From positions 16,688,820-16,752,819 of the forward strand of contig NC_057746.1 in NCBI RefSeq assembly GCF_004010195.1: 64,000 bases of DNA, read 5' to 3'. The notes under the pieces are model-generated. The model saw nothing but the letters and a program-made list of their open reading frames with translations, was not told the origin of the DNA and did no database searches. Below, one piece after another: positions 12,901 to 26,115 of the stretch (position 1 is the first letter of the stretch; each line of letters opens with the position of its first letter). This DNA is from Chiloscyllium plagiosum (taxonomy: Eukaryota). Made by a program: the position numbers and the translations under genes.

Positions 12901-15852
12901 TTACAAAAAAAAGATAATCTTGCCATTGATACAGAATTTCGTTTGGACATTTGCTGTGTGAAAATTAGCCGTTTTACTTCTTTTTTCAACATTGCCATTG
13001 AAAACGTAGTTAATTCACTTTGGTGCACTTTTGAATATCCTATAGCCCATGGTGAATGCTCTAATTATCGATTTTTCATGGCATGTGGAAAGGTAATAAT
13101 TTGGTACCCGACTGTAAATATTATTGAATGAAGGCATTCATAATGAAATGTCTGAAATGTCGACTGTCCTGCTTCTTGGATGTGATCTGACTTGCTGTGC
13201 TTTTCCAGCGCCGCAATGTTTGGACTCAAATTCTCCAGAATATGCAGACCTCGCTTTCTCCTTTTCCTCACATGTGCCGAACTTCCTTATTTATAATTGT
13301 TTTTACAACTTCATCTTGCTGCATTTTTTGTTTGAAACATTTCATAAATGGCAGATTAAAAGTTAGATTGCAGAGACTTGATATTTGTTTTTCATCAGAA
13401 CCTTGAATACACATAAAGTGAGGCATTAAAAATACAGCAAAAACATATTTAGCATAATTTTAAAAGCAGAAGCTTCAGCTAAAATTTCTATTATTGTAAA
13501 ACTTGCATTACTTTTTTAGCTTTGAGAAGAAATAGCAACAGAAATCTTATCCTTGTATGGCATATCCTCTTTCATAAAATGTTTATAACTATAACAATCG
13601 AAAAAATATACTTTGTTAAAGTTTCATTAATATGCCACTGCCAGAAATTTGAATTTCGTAACATCAAATTCGAATACTCTTCCTTTGAGAGTTGTCTCTC
13701 TCCCACACGTTTTACTTTGGCTTCACAATTTTATCAGAACGAGAAGTTATCAATTATTGTGTCTGTGAGCTGATCTTAATACAATGCATATGTTCTTCTT
13801 TCTCAACTAACTGAAATAACTGCCTTTCCCAGTCCTCTGCTTCAGCTCATAGATCTGATGCACAAAGTTAAGGGAATCAAACAAATGTTTGAAAATATTC
13901 TACCATTACCAGCTAAATTTTCGCTGAGTATAAAGTTATTTTAACACGAATTCTTCAACTAACGGACTTAAAATCTTTTGAGACAACTTTTCAACGTCAC
14001 TCAACAACTCTTCATTCATTTCAACACCAGACATTGACGATGAATTATATTTTTTGATAGTACTGAATTCAAATACTGCTAGAGAAATGAAGATTGCATC
14101 GAAGCTCTTTTTTTTAAGTTCACTCACCAGGATATATCGCACCAACAATAATTTCAGGTGAACTATCACTCTCACTGAATAAAAAGTGTGATGTTTCGCG
14201 ACAAAGGAACAAGGGTTAGCAGGGGATGTGCCATAAAGTATATATCAGTTATAGATGATTGACACCTAACTGGCAGAACATTTTATAAAATTCAAGCTGA
14301 CATGTTTTTTTTTGTTTGGGAAAAAAAGAAAATGGCCATTTTCTATGCAAAAATAATAAAAAGGACGAATATTATCTCCATGGGGAGAATTTGAAGCAGA
14401 CTTCTGATGTGCCATAGGTTCTGGGTGTCTCATGCTTGAATCGCCAATGTCAGTCAGGAGTTACAAGAAGCAATTTGGGAAGGTATTGCAAATTTATACT
14501 TGCTGCCGAAGCGAGTGGCACACGAAATTGAAAGATTAAGCTTCGTTCTGCAAGGCATTGGTGTAACTGTATCTACTGTGCTGTGCATAGCATTGCTCGC
14601 CTGCTAAAGAATGATACAAATGTGTTAGAGACAGTTCTGAGAAGGGTCACTAGATCAATAGCTGAAATGAAGGAGAGAATAATGAGGTTGGTTTTCTAAG
14701 AAGGAAAAATTGGACAGAGTAGAACTATCTACTGAATTGTAGAGTCTACGATTTGGACATTTAAAATGCAATCCCCATTCTGTACTTCCCCATAGACACA
14801 CACACATACATATACTCACTCACACACGTGAGAAACTCACATCCTGATGAGCTGGGGAAGAGAGAATCTGAATACTTCTAATGTGAAAGCACCGACATTC
14901 TTGTGAAGCAAAGACGGAAAATTACATCAATAGTAGGCAGGCGTGCACAAAGGATCAGCCATGCTATTATTGAATGGCAGAACAGGCTAGGTAGTCTGAA
15001 CGCCCTCCGCCTGTGGCTAATTCATATTTTCACATCTGTCTGTGCCTTAAGAAATGCACCAAAGAATCCCCGTCAGCCATTGTAATAACTGGAATGCTCA
15101 CTTTTTTAATGCCCTCTGGTAATGCGCTATTCTACAAAGAAATTCTGCCTTTATATATCCTCTGCATTGTCATCAATGCAATGACATTGTTTCTGTAATG
15201 TATAGAAATGAAAATATTCCGCAAACTGTGGCAGAACTAATGAGTCATATAGTTCCAGTTTAACATTCCTGCTCTTGCAGTTTACACCACAGATTATGAA
15301 TATAATGAGCAAATATGCATGATTCAATTACCTTTTAATTTTCATTGCCACAGTCAGGTATGAGGAGTACCGAGTGATGTGAACAAATCAGTTCATCTAA
15401 TCGAAGGCATAGGTCAAATTCCGTCGGGTAGGTATTTGAATCTACAAAAGGAAAATGCAAAAAATAACTTCTTAAATATCGACTATAATGTTATTCTCTA
15501 AATGGTGATCACGAAGTTGTCATCATTTGTTTTAAAATGCCAGTTTTCCAATATCTGCCAACATATTGAAAATCTGTCATATGTCCAACTCAAATGACAT
15601 GCAACTGAAAGTGAGTTTCAAATATTGAACGATGTGGAAACGTCCATTTAAAATAACACTATAAGAACACAAAATCTGTAAAGCTTATGAGAGCACATTT
15701 TAAAAGATCTTCCTGATTGAATTTTAAACCGAAAAGATGTTGTTTCTTTTTTAAATGCACAATATTTATTTTCTTTTTCCTAATCCTTTGCTTTTCTCAT
15801 ATGCTTTATCATTTATGCCTTATTAGTGCTAAGTATAGATCAGAGGAGACTT

Positions 15853-17268
15853 ATGGCAAATGGAACAGAAGCAACTCAATCTCTCAGCAACTTAACGGAC
15901 TTGTCTGCACCTGCAGGATGGTGCGCTTACAAAACGGTCGAAGTGGTCTGCATTGTGATTGCTACAGGAGCATTAAGTTTGGTGACTATCATTGGAAACA
16001 TTCTGGTCATTGTTTCTATCAAAATAAACAGACAATTACAAACTACTAACAACTACTTTATTTTCAGCTTAGCCTGTGCTGATTTGATCATTGGGGCATT
16101 CTCTATGAATCTTTACACTATTTATACTGTAAATGGATACTGGCCTCTGGGTCCAGTGGTATGTGATTTATGGCTTACTGTAGACTATGTTGTCAGTAAC
16201 GCCTCTGTTATGAACCTCCTTATCATAAGCTTTGACCGCTACTTCTGTGTGACAAAACCCCTTATCTACCCAGTGAAACGAACAACGAAGATGGCAGGGA
16301 TGATGGTTGCGGCTGCATGGGTGTTGTCTTTTTTCCTGTGGGCTCCTGCCATTCTCTTATGGCAGTTCATTGTAGGTGAGCGGGTTGTCGAAGAGGGCGA
16401 GTGTTACGTACAGTTCTTCTCAAATCCACCTGTCACTTTTGGCACTGCTATAATTGCCTTTTATATCCCAGTTACCATAATGGCGATTTTGTATGTGTAC
16501 ATATCTCGTGCCAGCAAGAGTCGAATGAAGGATGATAGAAATCATTCTGAATTATGTAAGGCAACTGTTACTCCAAGTGTAGTGAATAGCAAATTAATGA
16601 AACCAAACCGCACCAAAACAACAAATACTCTTGATGATTTGTTGGAGGTCAACATGAAACCTGACACAATAAGTAATGGAACATCAGGTGCCAGTTGGGT
16701 TCAAAGAAAAGCGGAGGCACTTTCCAGAGAATCTGACTTACTCAACCTGGCGTCATCAAATGCGAACAAGGAAAACGCTACACAAACGGGCACCAATTGC
16801 TTTACTGTATTTCACAATTTCAGGTCAGGCAACTTGACATGCTCTTCAATTTGCAGCAAATTTCAAAAGAATGATGTCTGTGGCATCAAGAAGCGAACAG
16901 TATCAGGGTTAAACATCAGGAATAGGAATGACAGAGAGATAAGAACAACAAATAACATTGTTAATGTGACCAGAACACATGTTAAGAGGGCAAAGGGTGC
17001 TGTATTACGAGAAAAGAAGGTAACTAGGACCATTCTGGCTATTCTCCTGGCCTTTATAATTACATGGACTCCGTACAATGTCATGGTTCTCATGGATACC
17101 TTCTGCTTAATCTGTGTCCCCAGCATAGTTTGGAACATCGGATACTGGCTCTGTTATATCAATAGTACACTAAATCCTGCCTGCTATGCATTGTGCAATA
17201 TGACCTTCAAGAAAACGTTCAAACATCTTCTCCTGTGTCAGTGCAAGAATATAAGTGCAACAAAATAA
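15853..17268 (+). CDS. CHRM2: Muscarinic acetylcholine receptor M2-like, 471 aa, single coding exon
   Basis: 7TM class A GPCR: [12 protein letters not shown]3.32 in [34 protein letters not shown] (M2 EDGE-like), [20 protein letters not shown] (Gi-type VTIL), [30 protein letters not shown] at 15853 follows a polypyrimidine tract and AG acceptor (~15826), as expected for CHRM genes with upstream non-coding exons. Symbol means M2-like; strict orthology is not established. Confidence 0.95.
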   Translation: MANGTEATQSLSNLTDLSAPAGWCAYKTVEVVCIVIATGALSLVTIIGNILVIVSIKINRQLQTTNNYFIFSLACADLIIGAFSMNLYTIYTVNGYWPLGPVVCDLWLTVDYVVSNASVMNLLIISFDRYFCVTKPLIYPVKRTTKMAGMMVAAAWVLSFFLWAPAILLWQFIVGERVVEEGECYVQFFSNPPVTFGTAIIAFYIPVTIMAILYVYISRASKSRMKDDRNHSELCKATVTPSVVNSKLMKPNRTKTTNTLDDLLEVNMKPDTISNGTSGASWVQRKAEALSRESDLLNLASSNANKENATQTGTNCFTVFHNFRSGNLTCSSICSKFQKNDVCGIKKRTVSGLNIRNRNDREIRTTNNIVNVTRTHVKRAKGAVLREKKVTRTILAILLAFIITWTPYNVMVLMDTFCLICVPSIVWNIGYWLCYINSTLNPACYALCNMTFKKTFKHLLLCQCKNISATK

Positions 17269-19329
17269 GACGTCAATAATAATCACAATATAGCAAACAC
17301 TTCTTTAAGTTACATCCAACCATAATAGGAAACTTCAAGCTCATTTGGAAAGATTATGAGTCAAGTTAATATGCTTATATGCCATAATGTCAGCATAGTT
17401 GAATTATATCAATCGAAATGGTAACGTGTCTTCTGAAAAAAAAGTCTGTATTGAATATCGAACATATGTATGAGTACACTGAAATGCCTTTGCCCAATGT
17501 TGTGAGCATCAATTCATGTAGTGTCTGATTTTTATGTTGAAGAGCGTTTACTTTTCAAATGAAGTCATTATAAATACTTGCAACTGACCCTCCAGTGATT
17601 GTATAATGGCGAGTTATTGCTGTTTATCTCCATTCACTTTGATGTCTTTCTTGTGGATTGGTATGACGTTAACATTGCAGAGTTCGATCTCCCTTTTGTC
17701 TGGTACACTGGCGAAAGTCATGAACCTTCCTTTAATTCCGTCAAATCAGGAAAAACACATCCTGATGTAAACGAGAGCATTTCTAACAAGTCGATTTGAG
17801 CTGCTGAGGTTGCAAATAATGCATTGTTTTGAAAAAAAGAAGGAAAATAATTATTTATATTCTAAACATCACTCTGTCCTCCTGACTTTCTCAGAATTTG
17901 TATTCAAATCCCTGCTGATGACAATGTTGCAAGAGTTACCTCTAATGATTTTTTTATGTGCATCTGCTTTAAACACTCTCTCCAAACTATTTAGATTGTA
18001 GCAATTCTGAGTTCAATTCTCACTTATCACGATGCAATTATAAAAAAATGAGCTTGATTTGAATGGATAAGAATGCAGCCATGTATCTATTTGTGGTCCA
18101 AAGCCTCGTGTGTAAAACATAAAGTAAAATAATGCCACTACATATTGTTTTAGATTTTTTTTTTCTGATAATGTCTGCTCGGTGACTGAATATGTTCGAC
18201 TGCATAAGTCAGCTGAGGGTAAAAACACTTTCATTCTGTTTCTAGGATTAGCTCCTGATCATTACACACGAGGTCTATTTTTCTTATGTTTTCCAACTGC
18301 AAAACACAATTATCGAGCACCTGCAATGTAGGTATGAACACTTCACAGCTCAATAAGCAGACCCCAATATAAGCAGAATCTGATTCTAATCACGCTACAA
18401 TCAAAAATGCGCTTACTTAAACTAGAATTCACATTGCATGTACTTAACAGTTGGATGCATGCTGGCGTTCGTTTTTCAATTTCTGCCATGACCCATGGTA
18501 TTTCCTTTGGCATGTAGTATGTCCAATTGAGGCTGAATTAAACTAATTGCCAGAGACTCTCCAAACAAATGATTATGAATTCACACATTTACAAATAGGG
18601 CCAAAATATTGTCATGAAGCGCTTTCCAAGCATATGTTGACCTCATTTTCAAATTCTAAATCTCATGAGAAATCAGAACAAAAACAAAACGGTGCAGATG
18701 CTGGAAAAGTGAGATACAACGCGAGGAAAATGCTCCAAAGTTGCGACACAGTACGTGAAGAGACAATCATAGTTATTTGTGCTAATAATCCCATTCTGTT
18801 CGAGGCAAAATTAGTGTAATAGAATTTCTCAGGAAAATTTGTTTCTCGATGGTCCATTTCTTAATTTAATGATTACACTTTTCATGACACAAACCTGCCT
18901 TTCACAGTTCGCTGTTTCCTTAGCTGTGCACACTCAAAAGTGCCACTAAGACGAGTGACTTTCAATTTAATTGATGATGAGCAACAGTTTTGGTATGTCA
19001 CAGTACATAGCTCCAGTCATATACATTCAGAGAAAACTATTCAGGAAGTGTCTGTCACCAGAGAGTACGTGTGCTGTTTGAGAGGGATTGGAAACTTGAT
19101 GGAATGCATTTCATTATTCGGAATGTCACTTCTTTTCAGCCACATACTCCTATTTCCAATTTTTAGAATTCTATTTCGGCATCAGAGGCAGGTGATATTC
19201 TACTTCTGCTCAGGATCACAAAACCAATCCGTACTACCAATCACAATTTCGTGAGTACCTGCAGTGACATTGTGAGCCACTTAAGTTTCTTTCTCATCAT
19301 CTGCATATCTAACCACAGCTGCAGATATA

Positions 19330-19750
19330 AGAGCATGAAAACTTGTCGTACGAATAGGCATTTCAGCTCCTCGAGTCTGTTCTACCATTTGATACAATCA
19401 TAGATTATCTCATTTTGACCTCAACTCCACTTTCCTGCACGCTCTCCTTTACTTTTTAAACCATTACTAATTGAAATCTATCAGTTCCTTTAATCTACAG
19501 CGTCCCAGCAACCACGGCACTCTCAGGGTGTTGACGTCCAGAGATCCATGCTCCTTTGAGAAAAATAACTTCGGTTCATCTCTGTTTGAAATCTGCCACA
19601 CTCTATCTAATTCTACATTGCTCCACAAGGGCAATCATTCATCTAATTTGTCAATCTCATTTACCATCCAGTATACGTAAGTTAGATCACCGCTCATTTT
19701 TCTAAACTCCAGAGATATTTGGTCAAAACTGTTTAATATTTATTCAAAAG
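19330..19750 (-). mobile_element. Old CR1 LINE 3' end
   Basis: Decayed CR1 3'UTR and ORF2 C-terminal pattern on the minus strand. Confidence 0.6.
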
Positions 19751-20179
19751 ATAACGTTTGGCACTGAGATCCAATTGAAGCTATTGAGATTCCCAACACA
19801 GAGTCTGTAAGCAAAGAACAAAATGTGTACAATTTGGTGTCTTTATCCGTGTGGAATTTTGTTCAGCATCCTGAATCACGGATGGCCTCCCAGTTTATCA
19901 AGTGAGCACACACTGCCACTGAGCAAAACATTATTCGGCAGAGGAGTGACAAACTTCTTGGAGTGTGTACACACCTCACTGAGCCATGTTGTGACTTCAG
20001 CCAGAAGTGGTGAAAAGAGAAGGTTGGGAGTGTTAGAAATGATTTGTGCAGAAGGTGGAATTTCGCCGATTTGGAAGAAACTGTGTGACATATTTCCTGG
20101 AGGAAAATAGGTGGAGTTTGCTTGTGTATTTTTGCAATTGTTATGTTTTAATGCGAAAGGAGAAAATTGTTTTAGCTGA

Positions 20180-20299
20180 AGGCATTTCAGCTCCTCGAGT
20201 CTGTTCTACCATTTGTTACAATCATAGATTATCTCATTTTGACCTCAACTCCACTTTCCTGCACGCTCTCCTTTACTTTTTAAACCATTACTAATTGAA
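20180..20299 (+). repeat. 120-bp direct duplicate of 19356-19475
   Basis: 119/120 identical by direct comparison. Confidence 0.95.
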
Positions 20300-23200
20300 G
20301 GCAATTACTGTGCAGAATGGTGGGTATGTTTTCATTTCCTCAACTTCTTTTTTCTCCTTTTTTTAATTTTGCATTATCCCACAGATGGAACAAAAACTAC
20401 ATTTACCAACTTAATTCATATCTGCCTGTTTATAATAGTTTCTTGTTTCATTTGTCCAGAGAATCTTTTCTTTGTAAACTTCGTCTTACTACAGACTGTC
20501 AGATACTGCAGAAGAACTTTTGTGATGGATGGAGGATTGCAATATTTACTGAAGAATGTAGATGGTGGAGTGGACCAGACACGTGAGCCACAAATGGAGA
20601 TAGGCAACATTCCACCCGTTACCTCGTGGGACCAGTGATACACCTGATGTGGAACTCATATGAAATTTAACCCTCTTTAGTTATGCAGATGGTCTTTTTT
20701 ACAAAACCAATCGGATTCAATTTGGAACAACCATTTGCCCAAAGATTTGATCTCTTCTGCACATCAGTTGTAGATCCTTTGACCAGAGTACAATCATGGA
20801 TTCCTTCATTGGTTTGAGGGGTGTCAAGGGTTTCATATTGACCAATCAATAAGTTTGTGTAGATTGTTTCTGTGAGAATTAGGATGAAAAAGCAAGTGAG
20901 AAAAATACGTGTGCTTCATATAGGAGTGGAGTGAACTTAAATTATAGCTTCAGCAAGGGATGTTGGAGAAGAAATTGAGCCATGACTGTATCTTTTTATG
21001 GCATTACTTAAGCAGCTGGTGATACCGAAAATTACATGAATGACCTTTGAATGGCCCTGAGTTCTACCTCTGAACTCCAATGCTTGGGTTCAAGTTGCAC
21101 TTGTTCCAGATATGACATCTCTGCCCAGATTGATTTCAAACACACTGTATTTAAATATCGTAATAATATTATCTCTCTGCGGGGTTTCTTATACCAAATG
21201 AAAATACAAACTTCTTGACTGATGATGCGTTCAGAGGTGATTCAATCCATCATTAATCTATTCCCCTAGCAAAACCAAAGGTGGGCCACTGTCGAGAATT
21301 TTCGTTACACATAGCAGTGCTGCAATTCCAGTGATTTCCAAATTGTAGAAATCTGTCATTTAGTAATAAGATAAAGTAAAGACATTGTAGACGTTGTCGT
21401 TGACTTGGAAAAAAAGTCTGTTCACTGCAATTTTGGAAAATTACAAAAGCAGCCACAGCAGGACAGAAGAATTTGCATGCCAAATAATTATTACATTCAC
21501 AATCAGGAGGTGATTTTAACAAAGTTAATTCTCTACATATGTTGTGAAGAATAATTGTTGATCTTTGAATGTGAATCCGGGATATGCTCAAGTTAAGCAT
21601 CCCACTCAAATTTTAATGTAGTTGCACGTAGGTGCACCTGTTATAGCAAGGGTGTATGATTGTACCACAAAGAATTAGCCAACGCAGATAATGGACTTCA
21701 AAAGCAATACAGTTTGACATGCAGAACTTGATGTGCCAATTGACTAACGCTGCAGATCCTGTAAATTGCACTCACACTGTTTTTTTGTGAACATTATGAT
21801 GGGCACTTAAGGATATTTGTGCAAAATGACAGTATATTGTGGTGAGGTTCAAACAAGGAGTTAGAGACTGTATTTGTCAGCATAGAGGGTGTGCCGCAGT
21901 AGAATAGAAGCCATCATCTGTGCATGCTACAGATATATTTATCAGAATACGATGGACAATTTTATAATAACAAGTCATTCTAATATATTTTCAGGGTTTG
22001 AAAAGGAAAAAGTATCATGCTAATAATATTTAACTGTTTGTCAGGTTTCACAGGAAATTGAGTCTGACCACGGATCTTCTTACTTTCCTCCCCCAAAATG
22101 TATTGGGATCAATGCTGTAAAATTCACCAGGTTTTCGTTGTACCTTTCAGTGGACCAGCAAAAGACATAAATTTTGTTTCAAGCTTGTTGAAAAATGTTA
22201 ACTATTGCTAGAGATGTGCAGAAAATAAAACAGTTTTGAATGGATCATCGGCAGCACACTTCCGTATCCATCTTGAATCACCTCATATTCTGGCAGAAAA
22301 ATATAGGCTCAAAGGATGCTTAGAATGCAGCCATACTAAGGCTTCTTTGCTAGGGACAAGATAGGCAAAGCGGGTATACAAGACTTAAGCAATACAGAAA
22401 GGGAAGTCATGATAATCATTTTGGGAGAGAGGGACGACTGAAGGTTTGAGTGAAGAATCATCACTGGCCCTACTGTCAAGAGAAATGAAAATATGTCGCC
22501 CCTTCATCATTTTGTTAATTAATTTGGTCACAGAAACGGTAAGTTTTCTAACACCTTTCCGCATATTTGATCAATCACCGCAGCAGTGAAAACTAGGTTG
22601 TCATCTATATATAATGTTGTTACTTCAGAAGAAAGGAAATTGCGAAATAAAGACAAACAAACTGAAATACATACTGACTAGTTTTAAACAGGTCAATAGA
22701 AATTCCAAAACAAGACAAGTTAGATCTAGTTCGAGTTGTAAGTCAGAGTTCAGCTCCAAGTTATCGTGAAATAAATATGTCTGATGAGGTGACAGTTTCA
22801 AATCTTGGTCAACATTAGTATCATTCCTTGTTCAAGAAATCGCTGTTCAGACTCAAGCCTAATCACGACCAGACATTCGAAATGTTCTTGTCTATGAAAT
22901 ATGAAGCCAATAGTCCCTTTTAATTTGTGAATCAATTAAAATAAATCAAGGACTTGTTTCACGTTTGTGTTGGAAATAAACTTTATTTTTATTCTGCGAA
23001 GGAAAAAGAGAGCTTCATGTGAGAAATATTTTCAAAACGCATTGAAATCATACAGGGAAAGTGAAATGTTAGATACTCCATATAAAAGCAACGGAGAGGT
23101 CTTTGGTGTGCAAAGATCGAAGAGTAACTTCAGTTGACGGGCAGATACGTAGTTAAATATCAAACAGAAAATCATCTAGATCCACTTGTATTCCTCTGAT

Positions 23201-24389
23201 GCCAGTTGGGCGGACGCTGAAGTTTGCTGTCTTCCTAATTATTGAATTTATTGAAGAGTATGATATTATCATATTTGCAGCACAGATAGGAAACACATCC
23301 CATTATCATGAGATGCCATCTATTCTATTCTAATTACGCTATTAAACACATGGAAATTAATCATTTTTGGTACTGAAAATGGGCATCCAAAAGTGTGATA
23401 TCACATTGCTTCACTTCTATTTGGAGCTTCTGAAAATCTCGCATCTTTCTATGTAGTATTCTGTCGTGTGCATTTCACATAAGTATCATTTCCCTTTCTT
23501 TTAATTTTCTGTACTTGATATCGTGTTCAATTTACTTTACTCCCTTCTCTAATTTGCATTTATAACCTCCAAATCCTTTGGTCGATGTGCATTCGCTTTC
23601 ATTGTTCATTCAAGTCCTGGATTTCTCATCAGGATGAGCAGCTGAGGACGCACCAATGTGAATGCTTAAAATAGCTCTCCGAAACCTGAATGGAACAATG
23701 TTTTATTACACTGGAAGAAAGGGAAAATGAATATTTTATGAAAATTGCACTGAGTTGGAAATTTTGCAGGCGTGTGAATACTGCAGTAGGAAATAAGTAA
23801 TGCCTGGTATTAGTTGAGGCACGAATGTGTAAAAGGTAGGGGTAATTTAACGCTGAAGAATAATGGAAAATGGTGAGTTGGTGAAAGGAGAAGGGAGAAG
23901 GTATTGGGGAAATGGTAAAGTAGAAATGAAAATTGGAAAGTTACAGAGATGCTTAGACTTTTAAAAAATAGATTGGTGGCTTAGCGTGGGGAATGTGGAA
24001 GGAGTGAGTTAGTGAGAAGGGAATGGGGTCGAGGATGAAAGATAGAGTGAATATATTGGAGTAAAGGGGGATGTGGACGGTTTAGCCTAGTATGTAATGT
24101 ATTGTGTGTAATGGAAAGGGATTAGTGGAGAAGGGTGATGGCAATACAGTGTCTCAGTGCCGATGCTATAGGAAATTGTTTTGAATCAGACTGCATAGTG
24201 GACACATACTGGGGAAACTGACAGGTACAGTATTTTTTACACATGTTTTGCAAATGCAAATCTCATCAAACCAGGGGGTCATTCAAAATAGAAAGACAAC
24301 TCTTCGGTACAACGAGTCCACAACCTGTTATAAACTTAAACTGAAATAGTCTCACCGAACTGTGCATGGTCCATATCCTTCCAAACATT

Positions 24390-26115
24390 TCGTATTCATC
24401 AGGTTCGACGTTTGCTTGCTGAGGTGGTAGATTTATTCTTAGACGTTTTGCCACCATATTAGGTAACATAATCACTAAGCCTCTGATGAAGCGCTGGTAT
24501 TTTGTCCTGCTTGCTATTTGTGTGTCTTGGTCTGTTGTGGTAAGTGATATCACTTCTGTTTCTGAGAGTCTGGTAAATGGGGTCCAAATCTATATGTTTG
24601 TTAATGGAGTTCCAGTTTGAATGTCAGGCCTCCAAGAATTCCAGTACGTGTATTTGTTTAGCCTAGTTCAGGACGGATGTGTTTTCCCAATCGTATCTGC
24701 CCCTCTTCATCTGTATGTATGGATATGAGGGATAGATGATCATGACTTTTGGTGGCTAGTTGGGGCTCATGTATCCTGGTATCTAGTTTACTGCCTGTCA
24801 GTCCATGTAATGTCTGTTGCAGTCCTTGTAGAATAGTTTGCACATGATGTTATTTCTGCGGCTGTTGGTGTCAGGTTCTTTAAATTTATCAATAAGTGTT
24901 TCAGCGTGGTGGTAGGTTTTGGGGTTACAAGGGGCTGATGTCGTCTGATCGTCATCGGACGAGATATCATTTTTGTATGACAGGAGGGCTAGAATCTCTG
25001 GGTGTGTTGTATTTTGTCGTTTAGTCTGTACTGAGTTAATTGGTGGATTGTGTTCATCAGGGACCCGTTGTTCATGAATACATAGTATTGTTGTTTTTCC
25101 TCAGTGTCTCGTAGTTCCTGGGAGCTGATGTGTGTCATGACTCATTTAAATAATGTCTTCAGGCAGCCCCGTTTGTGGGTGTTGGGATAGTAGATTTTGT
25201 AGTTGAGATTCTGGTCAGTATGTGTGGCTTTCCTGTCGACGTAGGTCTGCAGCTCTCCACTGGCTTTATATTCTACTGTAGTGCCCAGGAAGTGGAGATG
25301 GTTGTTGTTCTCTTCCTCTTTGGTGACCTTTATACCGGTAAGGATGTGGGTTTCTTCTAATTTCTTGCGTTTCGTGATGACAAAGGTGTCACACATACAA
25401 CAGACCCATCGCTTGGGCTGGATCATTGAAAGAGCTGCGCATTCTAATCTCTGCATTACTGCAGAGAGGGCAGTGGAGGTCCACTCTCTAGATTCTTTTA
25501 AGAAGGAGTTGGATAGAGCTCTCAAAGATAGTGGAATCAAGGGTTATGGAGATAAGGCAGGAAAGGATACTGATTAGAAATGATCAGCCATGATTATATT
25601 GAATGGCGGTGCAGGCTCGAAGGGCTGAATGGCCTACTCCTGCACTATTGTCTATTGTCTATTATCTATTGCTTCTGCTAATAGTCCTAATATTGGTGAT
25701 CCCATAGACGTCCATTGATTTGCTTGTAGATCCTGTTGCTGAAGGCAGAGTGTGTTGTGAGGTACAGGTATCGTAGTTTCAGGATGATGTCCTCGCTGAT
25801 GGAGCTGTTGTTGTCAGGAGTTTCTGTCGTTGGTTCGTCTAACAGTGAAGTTAGTGTTTCTTCGGCTAGGGTGATGTTTCTTGATGTGAATAGGGCCTCA
25901 CTTCGAAGGAAACCATGACCTCGTCATCCTCTACCTTGGTATCTTTGGGGACGTTAAGGAATTCCTGGGTGCAGTGGATGGAATGACTTGAGTCTTCTAC
26001 GAGGTGTTTTCGTTTGTGTTGCAGATCCTCTGCTAGTCTGTATGTCGTTGAACCAGGAAGTAAGACTATGGGTCTGAGGGAGGCGCCTTGTTTACAAACC
26101 ATTGGTAATTCATAG
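24390..26115 (-). mobile_element. Penelope-like retroelement (RT plus GIY-YIG endonuclease), degenerate
   Basis: Minus-strand pieces LRPIV..PGSTTYRLA, DEVMVSFEV, KEEENNNHLHFLG, RKATHTDQNLNY, GSKLDTRIHE. Confidence 0.88.
25460..25670 (+). mobile_element. Short CR1 3' end inserted in the Penelope element
   Basis: AVEVHSLDSFKKELDRAL C-terminus, GAATGGCGGTGCAGGCTCGAAGGGCTGAATGGCCTACTCCTGC 3'UTR, (CTATTGT)n tail. Confidence 0.85.

Noticed and set aside
15826-15852. N-terminal extension MLSIDQRRL of the 480-aa ORF
   Set aside because: Starts at GTG overlapping the likely splice acceptor; ATG 15853 (MANGT) gives a normal M2-like N-terminus
21640-21680. Frameshifted GC(I)DCT resembling a Harbinger transposase motif
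   Set aside because: Too short, and no further DDE motifs or terminal inverted repeats found
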